DNA of 47,440 bases from Paracoccaceae bacterium (GTDB lineage: Bacteria > Pseudomonadota > Alphaproteobacteria > Rhodobacterales > Rhodobacteraceae), in the NCBI GenBank assembly GCA_028749255.1, contig JAQTYE010000001.1, forward strand, positions 1 through 47,440, given 5' to 3'. This document shows, one piece after another, positions 33,485 through 42,558 of the stretch; position 1 is the stretch's first letter, and every line of letters starts with the position of its first letter. The notes beneath the pieces were generated by a model, which did no database searches, was not told the origin of the DNA, and saw nothing but the letters and a program-made list of their open reading frames with translations. A program made the translations under genes and the position numbers.

Positions 33485-34567
33485 ATGAACCGCAGATCCT
33501 TCCTTGCCACCACCGCGATTGCCGCGCTTGCCACTGCTGCGGGTCTGCCCGCGCTGGCTGCCGACCCGCTGAAAGTGGGCTTCATCTATGTCGGCCCGGT
33601 GGGCGACATGGGCTGGTCCTACCAGCATGACCAGGGCCGCCGCGCGATCGAGGCCGAATATGGCGATAAAGTCGTCACCACCTTCATGGAATCGGTTCCC
33701 GAAGGCCCCGACGCCGAGCGCGCGCTGACCCAGCTGGCGCTGGAAGGCAACACGCTGATCTTCGCAACCTCGTTTGGGTATATGGACGCGGTGATGAACG
33801 TCGCCGCCAAATTCCCGAACGTGAAATTCGAACACGCGACCGGCTATAAATCGGCCGAGAACGTCGCCACCTATGATGCGAAATTCTTCCAGGGCCGCGC
33901 GATTCAGGGCACCATCGGCGGGCGCATGACCAAGTCGAACAAAATCGGCTACATCGGCTCGTTCCCGATCCCCGAGGTCGTGCAGGGCATCAACGCGGCC
34001 TATATCCACGCCAAGAAGGTCAACCCTGACGTCGAAATGAAAGTGGTCTGGGCCTACACCTGGTTCGACCCCGCAAAAGAGGCCGATGCCGCCGCCGCCC
34101 TGATCGCCGAAGGCGTGGACGTGATCATGCAGCACACCGACTCGACCGCACCGCAAGCCAAGGCGCAAGAGGCCGGCAACGTCATCACCTTCGGTCAGGC
34201 GTCCGACATGTCGGCCTTTGCTCCGATGCCGCGCGTCAGCTCGACCATCGACAACTGGGCGCCCTATTACGTCAAGCGCGTCGGCGCGATGCTGGACGGC
34301 AGCTGGAAATCCGAAGCGACCTGGGGCGGCATCGACACCGGCATGGTCGAAATCGGCGAGATCAGCTCGGCCGTGCCCGAAGAGGTGAAAGCCGAAGCGC
34401 TGGCGCTGAAGGACAAGATCGCCTCGGGCGAATACCACCCCTTCACCGGCCCGCTGCACAAACAAGACGGCAGCGCATGGCTGGCCGACGGCGTGCAGGC
34501 CGAGGATGGTGAACTGGCGGGGATGAACTTCTTCGTCGAAGGCATCACCTCGGAACTGCCGAAGTAA
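33485..34567 (+). CDS. BMP-family periplasmic purine/nucleoside-binding protein with Tat signal
   Basis: MNRRSFL twin-arginine signal, GFIYVGPVGDMGWSYQH, TSFGYM, FEHATGY, WFDPAKE, QHTDS. Confidence 0.92.
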   Translation: MNRRSFLATTAIAALATAAGLPALAADPLKVGFIYVGPVGDMGWSYQHDQGRRAIEAEYGDKVVTTFMESVPEGPDAERALTQLALEGNTLIFATSFGYMDAVMNVAAKFPNVKFEHATGYKSAENVATYDAKFFQGRAIQGTIGGRMTKSNKIGYIGSFPIPEVVQGINAAYIHAKKVNPDVEMKVVWAYTWFDPAKEADAAAALIAEGVDVIMQHTDSTAPQAKAQEAGNVITFGQASDMSAFAPMPRVSSTIDNWAPYYVKRVGAMLDGSWKSEATWGGIDTGMVEIGEISSAVPEEVKAEALALKDKIASGEYHPFTGPLHKQDGSAWLADGVQAEDGELAGMNFFVEGITSELPK

Positions 34568-34598
34568 TCCGGCCGGATCATTGCCCAGAGCGGCACTC

Positions 34599-34630
34599 AA
34601 GGCAGGCGGACCACTCCGCCTGCCTTTTTT
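34599..34630 (+). terminator. Intrinsic terminator of the xdh-ABC transporter operon
   Basis: AAGGCAGGCGGA-ccac-TCCGCCTGCC followed by TTTTTT. Confidence 0.88.
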
Positions 34631-34687
34631 CGTGAAAAGCATGCATTTTCCATTAGCCTTTTAAGGCTTTGACCCAGATCATGGCGC

Positions 34688-34725
34688 TTGACAGCGCATG
34701 CGCTCACATTCACGTTTACGCATAT
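34688..34725 (+). promoter_or_regulatory. sqr promoter (-35 TTGACA) with an SqrR-like operator ATTC-N8-GCAT
   Basis: TTGACA 34688-34693; ATTCACGTTTACGCAT 34708-34723 overlaps the expected -10; one mismatch to the SqrR consensus ATTC-N8-GAAT. Confidence 0.65.
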
Positions 34726-34766
34726 TTTTGATGCCCCGGCAGAACGACCGGGAAGGGGAGAGAGAC

Positions 34767-36050
34767 ATGGCACATATCGTGGTTCTGGGGGCCGGCCTTG
34801 GCGGCGCTATCATGGCGTATGAATTGCGCAACACCGTGCGCAAGGAAGACAAGATCACCGTCATCACCAAGGACCCGAAGTATCACTTCGTGCCCTCGAA
34901 CCCGTGGATTGCCGTTGGCTGGCGTGACCGCAAGGACATCACCGTCGATCTGGCGCCCACGATGAAGAAAAAAGGGATCGAGTTCATCCCGGTCGCCGCA
35001 GAAAAGCTGCATGCCGATGAAAACCGGGTCGAATTGGTCGATGGCCAGTCGATCAGCTACGATTACATCGTCATCGCGACCGGCCCGGAACTGGCCTTTG
35101 ACGAGATCGAAGGCTTTGGCCCCGACGGATTCACCCAGTCGATCTGCCACATCGACCACGCCGAACACGCCCGCGTCGCGTTCGAACGGTTCTGCGAAAA
35201 ACCCGGCCCGATCATCATCGGCGCGGTTCAGGGCGCATCGTGCTATGGCCCGGCCTATGAATTCACCTTCATTCTGGACACAGCGCTGCGCAAAGCGAAG
35301 ATCCGCGATCAGGTGCCGATGACCTTCATCACCTCGGAACCCTATGTCGGCCACCTTGGCCTTGATGGCGTGGGCGACACCAAGGGGTTGCTGGAATCCG
35401 AGATGCGCAACAAGCACATCAAATGGATGACCTCGTCGCGGGTGAAAAAGGTCGAAGACGGCAAGATGATCGTCGAAGAGATCAACGATGACGGGTCGGT
35501 CAAATCCGAAAAAGAAATGCCGTTCGGCTATGCGATGATGCTGCCCGCGTTCCGCGGCATCAAGGCGGTGTCGGGCATCGAGGGCCTGTCGAACCCGCGT
35601 GGTTTCACCATCGTGGACAAGCATCAGCGCAACCCGAAATACCCCAATGTCTTTGCCGTGGGGGTTTGCGTTGCCATTCCGCCGATGGCTGCCACTCCGG
35701 TGCCCTGCGGCGTGCCGAAGACCGGCTTCATGATCGAATCCATGGTCACGGCCACCGCTGAAAACCTGGGCCAGATCGTGCGTGGCGAAGAGCCGAGCCA
35801 CACCGGCACCTGGAACGCCGTGTGTCTGGCCGATTTCGGTGACAGCGGTATCGCCTTTGTCGCGCAGCCGCAGATCCCGCCGCGCAATGTGAACTGGTCC
35901 AGCTCGGGCAAATGGGTGCATATGGCCAAAATCGGCTTTGAGAAGTATTTCATGCATAAGCTGCGCAAAGGCACCTCGGAAACCTTCTACGAAAAATTCG
36001 CGATGAAGGCGCTGGGGATCGACAAGCTGAAGGCCGTGAAAAAGGGCTAA
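34767..36050 (+). CDS. sqr: Sulfide:quinone oxidoreductase (type I, SqrA)
   Basis: MAHIVVLGAGLGG, FVPSNPW, SIC, GASCYGPAYE, VPKTGFMIE, WNAVCLADFG; 427 aa, closely resembling R. capsulatus SQR. Confidence 0.97.
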   Translation: MAHIVVLGAGLGGAIMAYELRNTVRKEDKITVITKDPKYHFVPSNPWIAVGWRDRKDITVDLAPTMKKKGIEFIPVAAEKLHADENRVELVDGQSISYDYIVIATGPELAFDEIEGFGPDGFTQSICHIDHAEHARVAFERFCEKPGPIIIGAVQGASCYGPAYEFTFILDTALRKAKIRDQVPMTFITSEPYVGHLGLDGVGDTKGLLESEMRNKHIKWMTSSRVKKVEDGKMIVEEINDDGSVKSEKEMPFGYAMMLPAFRGIKAVSGIEGLSNPRGFTIVDKHQRNPKYPNVFAVGVCVAIPPMAATPVPCGVPKTGFMIESMVTATAENLGQIVRGEEPSHTGTWNAVCLADFGDSGIAFVAQPQIPPRNVNWSSSGKWVHMAKIGFEKYFMHKLRKGTSETFYEKFAMKALGIDKLKAVKKG

Positions 36051-36111
36051 CATGCCGGGAGGAGCGGGCCCTTCGGGGTCGGCGCTGGCATGGCCTGCTG
36101 AGGCGGGCAAG

Positions 36112-36136
36112 GGCGGGCCACTGGCCCGCCTTTTTT
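36112..36136 (+). terminator. Intrinsic terminator of sqr
   Basis: GGCGGGCC-act-GGCCCGCC followed by TTTTTT. Confidence 0.85.
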
Positions 36137-36161
36137 CATGCTGATCCGGCAAAACCGCATG

Positions 36162-36200
36162 AAAAAGCCCGGCAGCGGTGCGTGACCGGCCGCCGGGCTT
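36162..36200 (-). terminator. Intrinsic terminator of bioY (thyA-folA-bioMNY unit)
   Basis: AAGCCCGGC...GCCGGGCTT stem with an A-tract on the plus strand (U-tract on minus). Confidence 0.75.
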
Positions 36201-36218
36201 GGATAGGACGCGGTTCCC

Positions 36219-36791
36219 TCAGCTGCGCGAGGAGAGCGCTGCGGGGCGATAGCGCGCGATGGTATGGGTCAACCATCCCGCCAACACCGCCTTGATCAGG
36301 TCGCCCGGAATAAACGGCGCCATGATCAGCGCGGCCTTGCCCAGGCTCATGCGGGCGTCATCCGGCCCCAGCCCCGCGTTCTTGACCAGATAGAACCCAA
36401 TGATCCCAAAGGCATACATCACAATGATGCCGCCCAGAACCGCGCCCAAAGTGGCGGCAATGCCGACCGGAAGCGCACGCATGCGTTCCACCACCAGCCC
36501 GGTGACGAAGGCCGCCGGCAGCCAGCCGATCAGGAAACCCGCCGTCGGGCCGACGAACACGCCCAAGCCCCCGCGCCCGCCTGCCAGCACCGGCAGCCCC
36601 AGCGCCACGATCAGTTGCACCACCAGCACCGCCGCCGCGCCACGCCAGCTGCCCAGCACAGCCCCCGCCAGCATGACGCCCAGTGACTGCGCCGAAATCG
36701 GCACCCCGAACGCCAGCGGGATCGGCGGCACCAACCCCAGCACCGCGATCAACGCGGCAAACAACACAATCCGCGTGAAATTCTGTTCCAA
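36219..36791 (-). CDS. bioY: Biotin ECF transporter S component BioY
   Basis: VPISAQSLGVMLAG, GLPVLAGGRGG, GPTAGFLIGW, PFIPGDLIK; TTG start at 36791 after GGAGAG. Confidence 0.93.
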   Translation of the reverse strand: MEQNFTRIVLFAALIAVLGLVPPIPLAFGVPISAQSLGVMLAGAVLGSWRGAAAVLVVQLIVALGLPVLAGGRGGLGVFVGPTAGFLIGWLPAAFVTGLVVERMRALPVGIAATLGAVLGGIIVMYAFGIIGFYLVKNAGLGPDDARMSLGKAALIMAPFIPGDLIKAVLAGWLTHTIARYRPAALSSRS

Positions 36792-36792
36792 C

Positions 36793-37413
36793 TCAGTCTC
36801 TCCCCTTTGGGCGCGGGGCCAGCCCCCCACGCGCGCGCAGGGAGTCGGCCAAATGGTCCGCATCGTCAAGTAGCGAAAAGGACAGGGGGGCGATCAGCCG
36901 GGGCCCGGCACGGCGCCGCGACCGCGCCCGCCACGCCAGCGACAGCGCCCCCAACCGCCCCTGCAACACCGGAATGAACCGCAACACCAGCGCCACCGCC
37001 AGCGCGGGCATCCGCGGCGACAGACCAAGCCGCGCCAAGGGCTGCGCCAGCCGCTCGATCAGCGCAATCAGATCATGCAGCGGTGTGGTCAGCGTGACGA
37101 AATTCGCCAGTGCCATCATCACCACCACCCGCAGCCCGAAGGCCACGCCCTGCCGGGGCTCGCCCTGCCACAGATGCCACAGGAAAATCACCGCCACGAC
37201 CCAGACAATCGGGCGCAGCGCCCGCAGCCCCGCGATGATCGCGGCACGTCCCAGACTGACATAAAGCACCACGGTCAGCGCCAGCGCAGCCCCCAGCACA
37301 GACAGTGCGGTGACCCGCATCGCGCCCACCATCGCCAGTGCCAGAAGCCCGAATTTTACCCCCGCAGGCAGCCGATGCGCCCAGCTGACCCCGGGCAGCG
37401 CAAGGCTCAGCAT
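36793..37413 (-). CDS. bioN: Biotin ECF transporter T component BioN
   Basis: [28 protein letters not shown] (XRX motifs). Confidence 0.9.
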   Translation of the reverse strand: MLSLALPGVSWAHRLPAGVKFGLLALAMVGAMRVTALSVLGAALALTVVLYVSLGRAAIIAGLRALRPIVWVVAVIFLWHLWQGEPRQGVAFGLRVVVMMALANFVTLTTPLHDLIALIERLAQPLARLGLSPRMPALAVALVLRFIPVLQGRLGALSLAWRARSRRRAGPRLIAPLSFSLLDDADHLADSLRARGGLAPRPKGRD

Positions 37414-38114
37414 GGCTCGGCCCGGGCGATCCGCGTCATCTCGGCGCTATAGGCGGGCAGCACGACATCGGGCGGGCCATCCGCCGCCACGCGCCCGGCT
37501 TCAAGCCAGATCACCCGGTCAAACCCCGCCACCCGCGCCGGATCATGGGTGATCAGCACCACATTTTGCGTAAGCGCCGCGATCTGCGCCTCGATCCGCA
37601 GGGCTGCGGGAATGTCGAGGCTGTTGAACGGCTCGTCAAACAGGATCCACGCCGGTTCCATCGCCAGCACCGCCATCAGGCACACCAGCTGGCGCTGACC
37701 CTGCGACAGGGTATGGCACAGCCGGTCAGACCAGTCCGCATGGCCAAACCGTGCCAAAACCGCCTGCGCGCCCGCCCGTGCCTGCGCCCGGGGCTGGCCT
37801 TGCTGTTCCAGACCAAAGGACAGTTCCTCGATCACGGTTGGAAAGATGATCTGATGGTCGGGGTTCTGAAACAGGATCCCCACCGTCGCCAGCGCGCCCG
37901 CCCGGTCGGTCAGAACATCGACCCCATCAACCCGCACCCGCCCCGCCTGCGGCGCGACCAGCCCCGCAATCAGCCGGATCAACGAGGATTTTCCCGAGCC
38001 ATTGCGCCCGACAATCCCCACCCGCCGCTCGGTCAGGCACAGATCAAGCCCATCGAACACCGACCGGCCCTCACGGGTCAGACGGACCGCTTCGATGCCG
38101 ATTTGGGCTGCCAT
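37407..38114 (-). CDS. bioM: Biotin ECF transporter ATPase BioM
   Basis: [33 protein letters not shown]; start ATG 38114. Confidence 0.92.
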   Translation of the reverse strand: MAAQIGIEAVRLTREGRSVFDGLDLCLTERRVGIVGRNGSGKSSLIRLIAGLVAPQAGRVRVDGVDVLTDRAGALATVGILFQNPDHQIIFPTVIEELSFGLEQQGQPRAQARAGAQAVLARFGHADWSDRLCHTLSQGQRQLVCLMAVLAMEPAWILFDEPFNSLDIPAALRIEAQIAALTQNVVLITHDPARVAGFDRVIWLEAGRVAADGPPDVVLPAYSAEMTRIARAEPC

Positions 38115-38118
38115 CCGC

Positions 38119-38598
38119 TCAGCGCCGCCGCAGGTATTCATGCACCACGCAGGCCGGGCCTGCGGCACGCAGCGGCGTTTGGCCGACATGATCCCACTGA
38201 TCGGGCGCCAGATCGGGAAAGAAGGCATCGGCGCCCTCGATCTCCAGATCGACCTCGGTAATCAGCAGCCGGTCGGCCAGATCCATCAGCGCACAATAGA
38301 TCCCCTGCCCGCCGATCCCATAGACCCGCCGATAGCCCTGCGCATGGGCGAAATCAACCGCCCCCCGCACGTCGGAAAACACATGATCGGTCAGCGCAGG
38401 GTCCGAAGAGACCACGCAATTCAGACGCCCTTTCAAGGGCTTGAACGGCAGGCTTTCCCAGGTCTTGCGCCCCATGATGATGGCACCGCCCGTGGTTTCG
38501 CGTTGAAAAAAGGCCAGATCCTCGGGCGCCTGCCAGGGGATCGTGTTGTCTTTTCCGATGGCCCCGTTGCGGGCGCGCGCGACGATCAGCGACAGCAT
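38119..38598 (-). CDS. folA: Dihydrofolate reductase
   Basis: IGKDNTIPW..PEDL..F, IMGRKTWES, PLKGRLN, IGGQGIY, DAFFP. Confidence 0.96.
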   Translation of the reverse strand: MLSLIVARARNGAIGKDNTIPWQAPEDLAFFQRETTGGAIIMGRKTWESLPFKPLKGRLNCVVSSDPALTDHVFSDVRGAVDFAHAQGYRRVYGIGGQGIYCALMDLADRLLITEVDLEIEGADAFFPDLAPDQWDHVGQTPLRAAGPACVVHEYLRRR

Positions 38599-38601
38599 GG
38601 C

Positions 38602-39435
38602 TCAGACCGCCACGGGCGCTTTGATCGCCGGATCGGGGGTGTAGTTTTCAAAGCTGAAATCCTCGAATTTGAAGTCGAAAATCGAGCCCACATCGCGGGT
38701 CAGCCGCAGCTGCGGCAACGGCTTTGGCGTGCGCGCAAGCTGAGTTTTCACCTGCTCCAGATGGTTCGAATAGATATGCGCGTCGCCGATCGAATGCACG
38801 AAATCGCCCGGTTCATAGCCCGTCACATGCGCCAGCATCACCAGCAACGCAGCATAAGAAGCGATGTTGAACGGCACCCCAAGAAACATGTCGGCCGAGC
38901 GTTGATACAGCTGCAAATGCAGCTTGCGGCCAATGATGCGCACCTGCCACAGCGTATGGCACGGCGGCAGCGCCATCTGCCCCACCTCGCCCGGGTTCCA
39001 GGCCGACACGATCAGCCGCCGACTGTCGGGCGTGGCCTTGATCGCAGCCACCAGATCGGCAATCTGATCAACGCTTTCCGCGAAATAGAGCTTCTCGCCA
39101 TTCAGCATCTGGCCGCTGTCCACCAGCTTGGGAAAGCGGCGCCACTGCTGGCCGTAAACCGGACCCAGATCGCCATTTTCGTCGGCCCATTCGTCCCAGA
39201 TCGAAACCCCGTTGTCCTTGAGGTAGCGGATGTTGGTATCGCCCGCCAGAAACCACAGCAATTCGTGGATGATCGACTTCAGATGCAGTTTTTTGGTGGT
39301 CACCAGCGGAAAACCATCGGCCAGCGAATAGCGACACTGCAACCCGAAATAGGAAATCGTGCCCGTGCCCGTGCGGTCGGTCGAAACCTGCCCGTGATCC
39401 AGCACCGTTTGCAAAGCATCCAAATACTGCCGCAC
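38602..39435 (-). CDS. thyA: Thymidylate synthase ThyA
   Basis: [47 protein letters not shown]; GTG start at 39435 with GGAGG RBS (alternative ATG 39453). Confidence 0.97.
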   Translation of the reverse strand: MRQYLDALQTVLDHGQVSTDRTGTGTISYFGLQCRYSLADGFPLVTTKKLHLKSIIHELLWFLAGDTNIRYLKDNGVSIWDEWADENGDLGPVYGQQWRRFPKLVDSGQMLNGEKLYFAESVDQIADLVAAIKATPDSRRLIVSAWNPGEVGQMALPPCHTLWQVRIIGRKLHLQLYQRSADMFLGVPFNIASYAALLVMLAHVTGYEPGDFVHSIGDAHIYSNHLEQVKTQLARTPKPLPQLRLTRDVGSIFDFKFEDFSFENYTPDPAIKAPVAV

Positions 39436-39651
39436 GCCTGTGTCCTCCGCCATCGTTCACGCCTGTTTCGCGGTATAGCCGCTTCGCAGCAGCAGGGCAA
39501 AGCCGAACGCACCGGTTCGCCCCACCTCACACCTGCGCACCAGATTTACGGCCGCGATCCGGGGCAACCGCGACATGCGGTGCCGACCCACAGCAGGTGT
39601 CGCCACGGGAACACAGCGCCTGCGGGTGACCTCGCAAACGCGTGACATAAA

Positions 39652-39680
39652 TTGACTTTTTTCGACATTTTCGGCACTCT
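39652..39680 (+). promoter_or_regulatory. Putative sigma70 promoter for the lipoprotein-Slam pair
   Basis: TTGACT-N17-CACTCT, 31 nt before ATG 39712. Confidence 0.4.
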
Positions 39681-39711
39681 GGCCGCAGGCAGGATTAAAG
39701 AAAGAACCATA

Positions 39712-40647
39712 ATGTCGAGAGTTATTTGGCCGCTGGCAGCGCTGCTGGCCTTCGCAGCATGCAGCGGAAACGGCCCCGCTGTTGTGGACAGTGCTGGCGG
39801 AACCGGCGGTTCGACCGACGGCGGCACCGAGATCTCTCCGATTCCCGACAACCTGAAGGTGAACCTGGAGGCTATCGCCTATGATGGCACTACACTTCAG
39901 GTGCAGATCGCGGGACTTGATTCGACCCCGACGCTGGTGACCTTTGACCGTGCAGAGACGCTGGACCTGAACGGCTACAAAGCCTTCAAGATGCAGGAAG
40001 ATGCGCTGGACCGGATGTTCGTGGCGTTGGCGAAAACCTCGGATGATGGTTCGGTGACGGCGGCTACCGTCTCTGATGGCGGCCAGTTTAACCGCCATTA
40101 CGGCGGCGGAATCTACAGCCGCAATGGCGCCTTTACCCCCCCGGTGATCGGCAGCGGCCCCGGGGCTGGGCAGGTCTCTTATGCCGGGGACTATGTCGGG
40201 GTGATGAACGGGCGCGTGCAGTACGGCGACCCGACCAGCGAACTGCTTGACCCGGGCACCGCGGATCCGGCAATTACGCCGCAGCAATCGTCGCGCGTCA
40301 GTGGCGCGATCTTCCTGAACGCCAACTTCAGCGAAAATCTGGTCAATGGCGCGATCTACGACCGGGTGATCGTCGATGAAGGCTTTGCGCTGGATGACGT
40401 GATCCTTGTCCCCACCACGATCGGCAGCGATGGCACCTTCATCGGCACGACTGAATTCGAAAATCAGACCCCGAATGGCAGCTACGGCGGGATCTTTGGC
40501 GGGACCAGTGCGAATTCGGTCGCGGGTGTGGTCTATCTGACCGAAGTGGAATCCTCCTTCGATAACGAACAGGAACACGGTGCCTTCGTTCTGACCAAAT
40601 GCGGCCCGGACAACACCTCGCCCGCCTGTAGCTATGTTGCGCCCTGA
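39712..40647 (+). CDS. Surface lipoprotein with TbpB/fHbp-like C-terminal beta-barrel (putative T11SS cargo)
   Basis: Lipobox LAFAA-C, Gly/Ser/Thr linker, barrel-like strands VSYAGDYVG, IFLNANFSENLVNGAI, GSYGGIFGGTSANSVAG; C-terminal C-x8-C. Confidence 0.72.
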   Translation: MSRVIWPLAALLAFAACSGNGPAVVDSAGGTGGSTDGGTEISPIPDNLKVNLEAIAYDGTTLQVQIAGLDSTPTLVTFDRAETLDLNGYKAFKMQEDALDRMFVALAKTSDDGSVTAATVSDGGQFNRHYGGGIYSRNGAFTPPVIGSGPGAGQVSYAGDYVGVMNGRVQYGDPTSELLDPGTADPAITPQQSSRVSGAIFLNANFSENLVNGAIYDRVIVDEGFALDDVILVPTTIGSDGTFIGTTEFENQTPNGSYGGIFGGTSANSVAGVVYLTEVESSFDNEQEHGAFVLTKCGPDNTSPACSYVAP

Positions 40648-42076
40648 GCCAACACCGCGCGGCCTGCTGCGGCAGGGCGCGCGGGCGGCGCTTGTTGCTT
40701 TGGCGCTTTGGGCGCTGCCTGTCCGCGCCGAAGACCGGTCGCTGACCGATCTGACAATCCCGCAGTTGCAGCGGCTGGCAACGGCGCTGGCCACTGCGGG
40801 GCAGGATGCCGCTGCGTTGCGCGTCACCGAGGTGCTGTTGCTGCGCACGCCCGACGATCCGCTGGGTCATTATGTGGTCGGGCTGGTGATGCTGCGCGCG
40901 GGGCAGACCCAGGTCGCGCGCATCGCAAGCCGACGCAGCTTTGCCGCCGCCGGAACCGAACGCCAGCATTACGAGGCCGCCCGCCTGGCCGCCAAGGTCG
41001 CCGTGGCCGATCACCGCTGGATCAACGCGCAATACTGGGCGCGTCAGACGATCCAATATGCGCCCGACACCCGCTATCGCGACCTCGCCGTGCAGGATTT
41101 CAAACAGTTGCGCGCGATCAGCCCGCTGGACTGGGGCCTGCGGCTGGGGCTGCGGCCCTCGAACAACGCCAATGGCGGGGCGGATGAGCGGCTGAACATC
41201 ATCGACGGCTACGACGCGGTTGGCTATCTGAGCGATGACGCGATGGCGTTGCCCGGGCTGGTCGGCACCGCCAGTTTCGACATCGGGTATCGGCTGGGGC
41301 GCACGCCGGACAGCGAGACCCGCATCGGGCTGAGCACCTATGTGCGCGCGGTCGAGCTGGAGGGTCACCCCGTTGCCCTGCCCCCGCCCGGCAGCCCGCC
41401 GGGCAGCGAGCCAACCGAGATTTCCAACGCCGATTATTCGGCCGCCGCTCTTGGCATCAGCCTGACCCATAACCGCGCCCTTGGTGGGTATGGGCTCGGC
41501 GCCAAACTGAGCGTCGGGCAGGTCTGGCAGGGCGGTGATGCCGCCTATCACTATGCCGGACTGGACCTGAACGGCGCCCGGCGGCTGGGCACCGGCCCCA
41601 CGGCCCCGCGGCTGAGCTTTGGTATCAGCGCCGAGGCGCGCGCGCGCGATGACGCCGCACGCACCGACGTGCGCCGCACCCTAAGTCTGGGCTACGCGCA
41701 GCCTGTGAACAGCGGACGCATCACCGCCGGGGTCACGTTGAGCGCGCTGCACTCCGGGCTCGACAATGCGCGGTATTGGTCGGTGTCGGGCACGGTGCAG
41801 TACGAGCCCGACCTGCGGCTGGGGCCGCTGGCGGTTTCTGTCGGGGCCGGGCTCAGCCGAACGGTCTATCCCGACTATACCGTTTTGATTTTCCATCCCG
41901 ACGGCGGACGGCAGGACAATACCGTTTTCGCCGAGCTGGGGCTTTGGGCCCCCGCGCTCAGCTATGCGGGCTTTGCCCCCGAACTGAAGCTGCAAACTGT
42001 GGTGACCGACAGCAATATCAGCCGCTTTGAAAGCAATGAAATCGCTGTGGCGGTCGGGTTGCGATCAACCTTCTGA
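40634..42076 (+). CDS. Slam/DUF560-like outer-membrane protein (TPR plus beta-barrel; type XI secretion translocon)
   Basis: Signal peptide, TPR-like helices, PSNNANGG barrel entry motif, amphipathic strands, C-terminal GFAPEL...DSNISRF...GLRSTF with terminal Phe; overlaps the lipoprotein gene end. Confidence 0.78.
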   Translation: MLRPEPTPRGLLRQGARAALVALALWALPVRAEDRSLTDLTIPQLQRLATALATAGQDAAALRVTEVLLLRTPDDPLGHYVVGLVMLRAGQTQVARIASRRSFAAAGTERQHYEAARLAAKVAVADHRWINAQYWARQTIQYAPDTRYRDLAVQDFKQLRAISPLDWGLRLGLRPSNNANGGADERLNIIDGYDAVGYLSDDAMALPGLVGTASFDIGYRLGRTPDSETRIGLSTYVRAVELEGHPVALPPPGSPPGSEPTEISNADYSAAALGISLTHNRALGGYGLGAKLSVGQVWQGGDAAYHYAGLDLNGARRLGTGPTAPRLSFGISAEARARDDAARTDVRRTLSLGYAQPVNSGRITAGVTLSALHSGLDNARYWSVSGTVQYEPDLRLGPLAVSVGAGLSRTVYPDYTVLIFHPDGGRQDNTVFAELGLWAPALSYAGFAPELKLQTVVTDSNISRFESNEIAVAVGLRSTF

Positions 42077-42129
42077 GCCTTGCCACCGCGCGCCCGCGCT
42101 TTAGGTTGGGGGTCAAAGGAGACCCACAA

Positions 42130-42558
42130 ATGAGCCTGACATATCTGCACACAATGGTCCGCGTGCTGGACCTGGAAAAAAGCATGGCGTTTTACGCGCT
42201 GCTCGGCCTGCGTGAAACCCGCCGCTATGACAGCGAGGCGGGACGATTCACGCTGGTCTTCATGGCCCCCGAGGGGCAGGAAGATCGCCCGATCGAGCTG
42301 ACCTTCAACTGGGACGGCGATGCGGGCCTGCCCGCCGACAGCCGCCATTTCGGCCATCTCGCCTATGGCGTCGATGATATTTATGCGACCTGCCAGCACC
42401 TGATGGACAATGGTGTCACCATCAACCGCCCGCCGCGCGACGGGCATATGGCCTTTGTGCGCAGCCCTGACAATATCTCTATCGAACTTCTGCAAAACGG
42501 CCCGTCCCTGCCCCCGGCCGAGCCTTGGGCCAGCATGCCCAACACCGGGCATTGGTGA
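42130..42558 (+). CDS. gloA: VOC family protein, lactoylglutathione lyase-like
   Basis: YLHTMVRV.DLE, ELTFNWD, FGHLAY, INRPPRDGHMAFVRSPDNISIEL. Confidence 0.85.
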   Translation: MSLTYLHTMVRVLDLEKSMAFYALLGLRETRRYDSEAGRFTLVFMAPEGQEDRPIELTFNWDGDAGLPADSRHFGHLAYGVDDIYATCQHLMDNGVTINRPPRDGHMAFVRSPDNISIELLQNGPSLPPAEPWASMPNTGHW

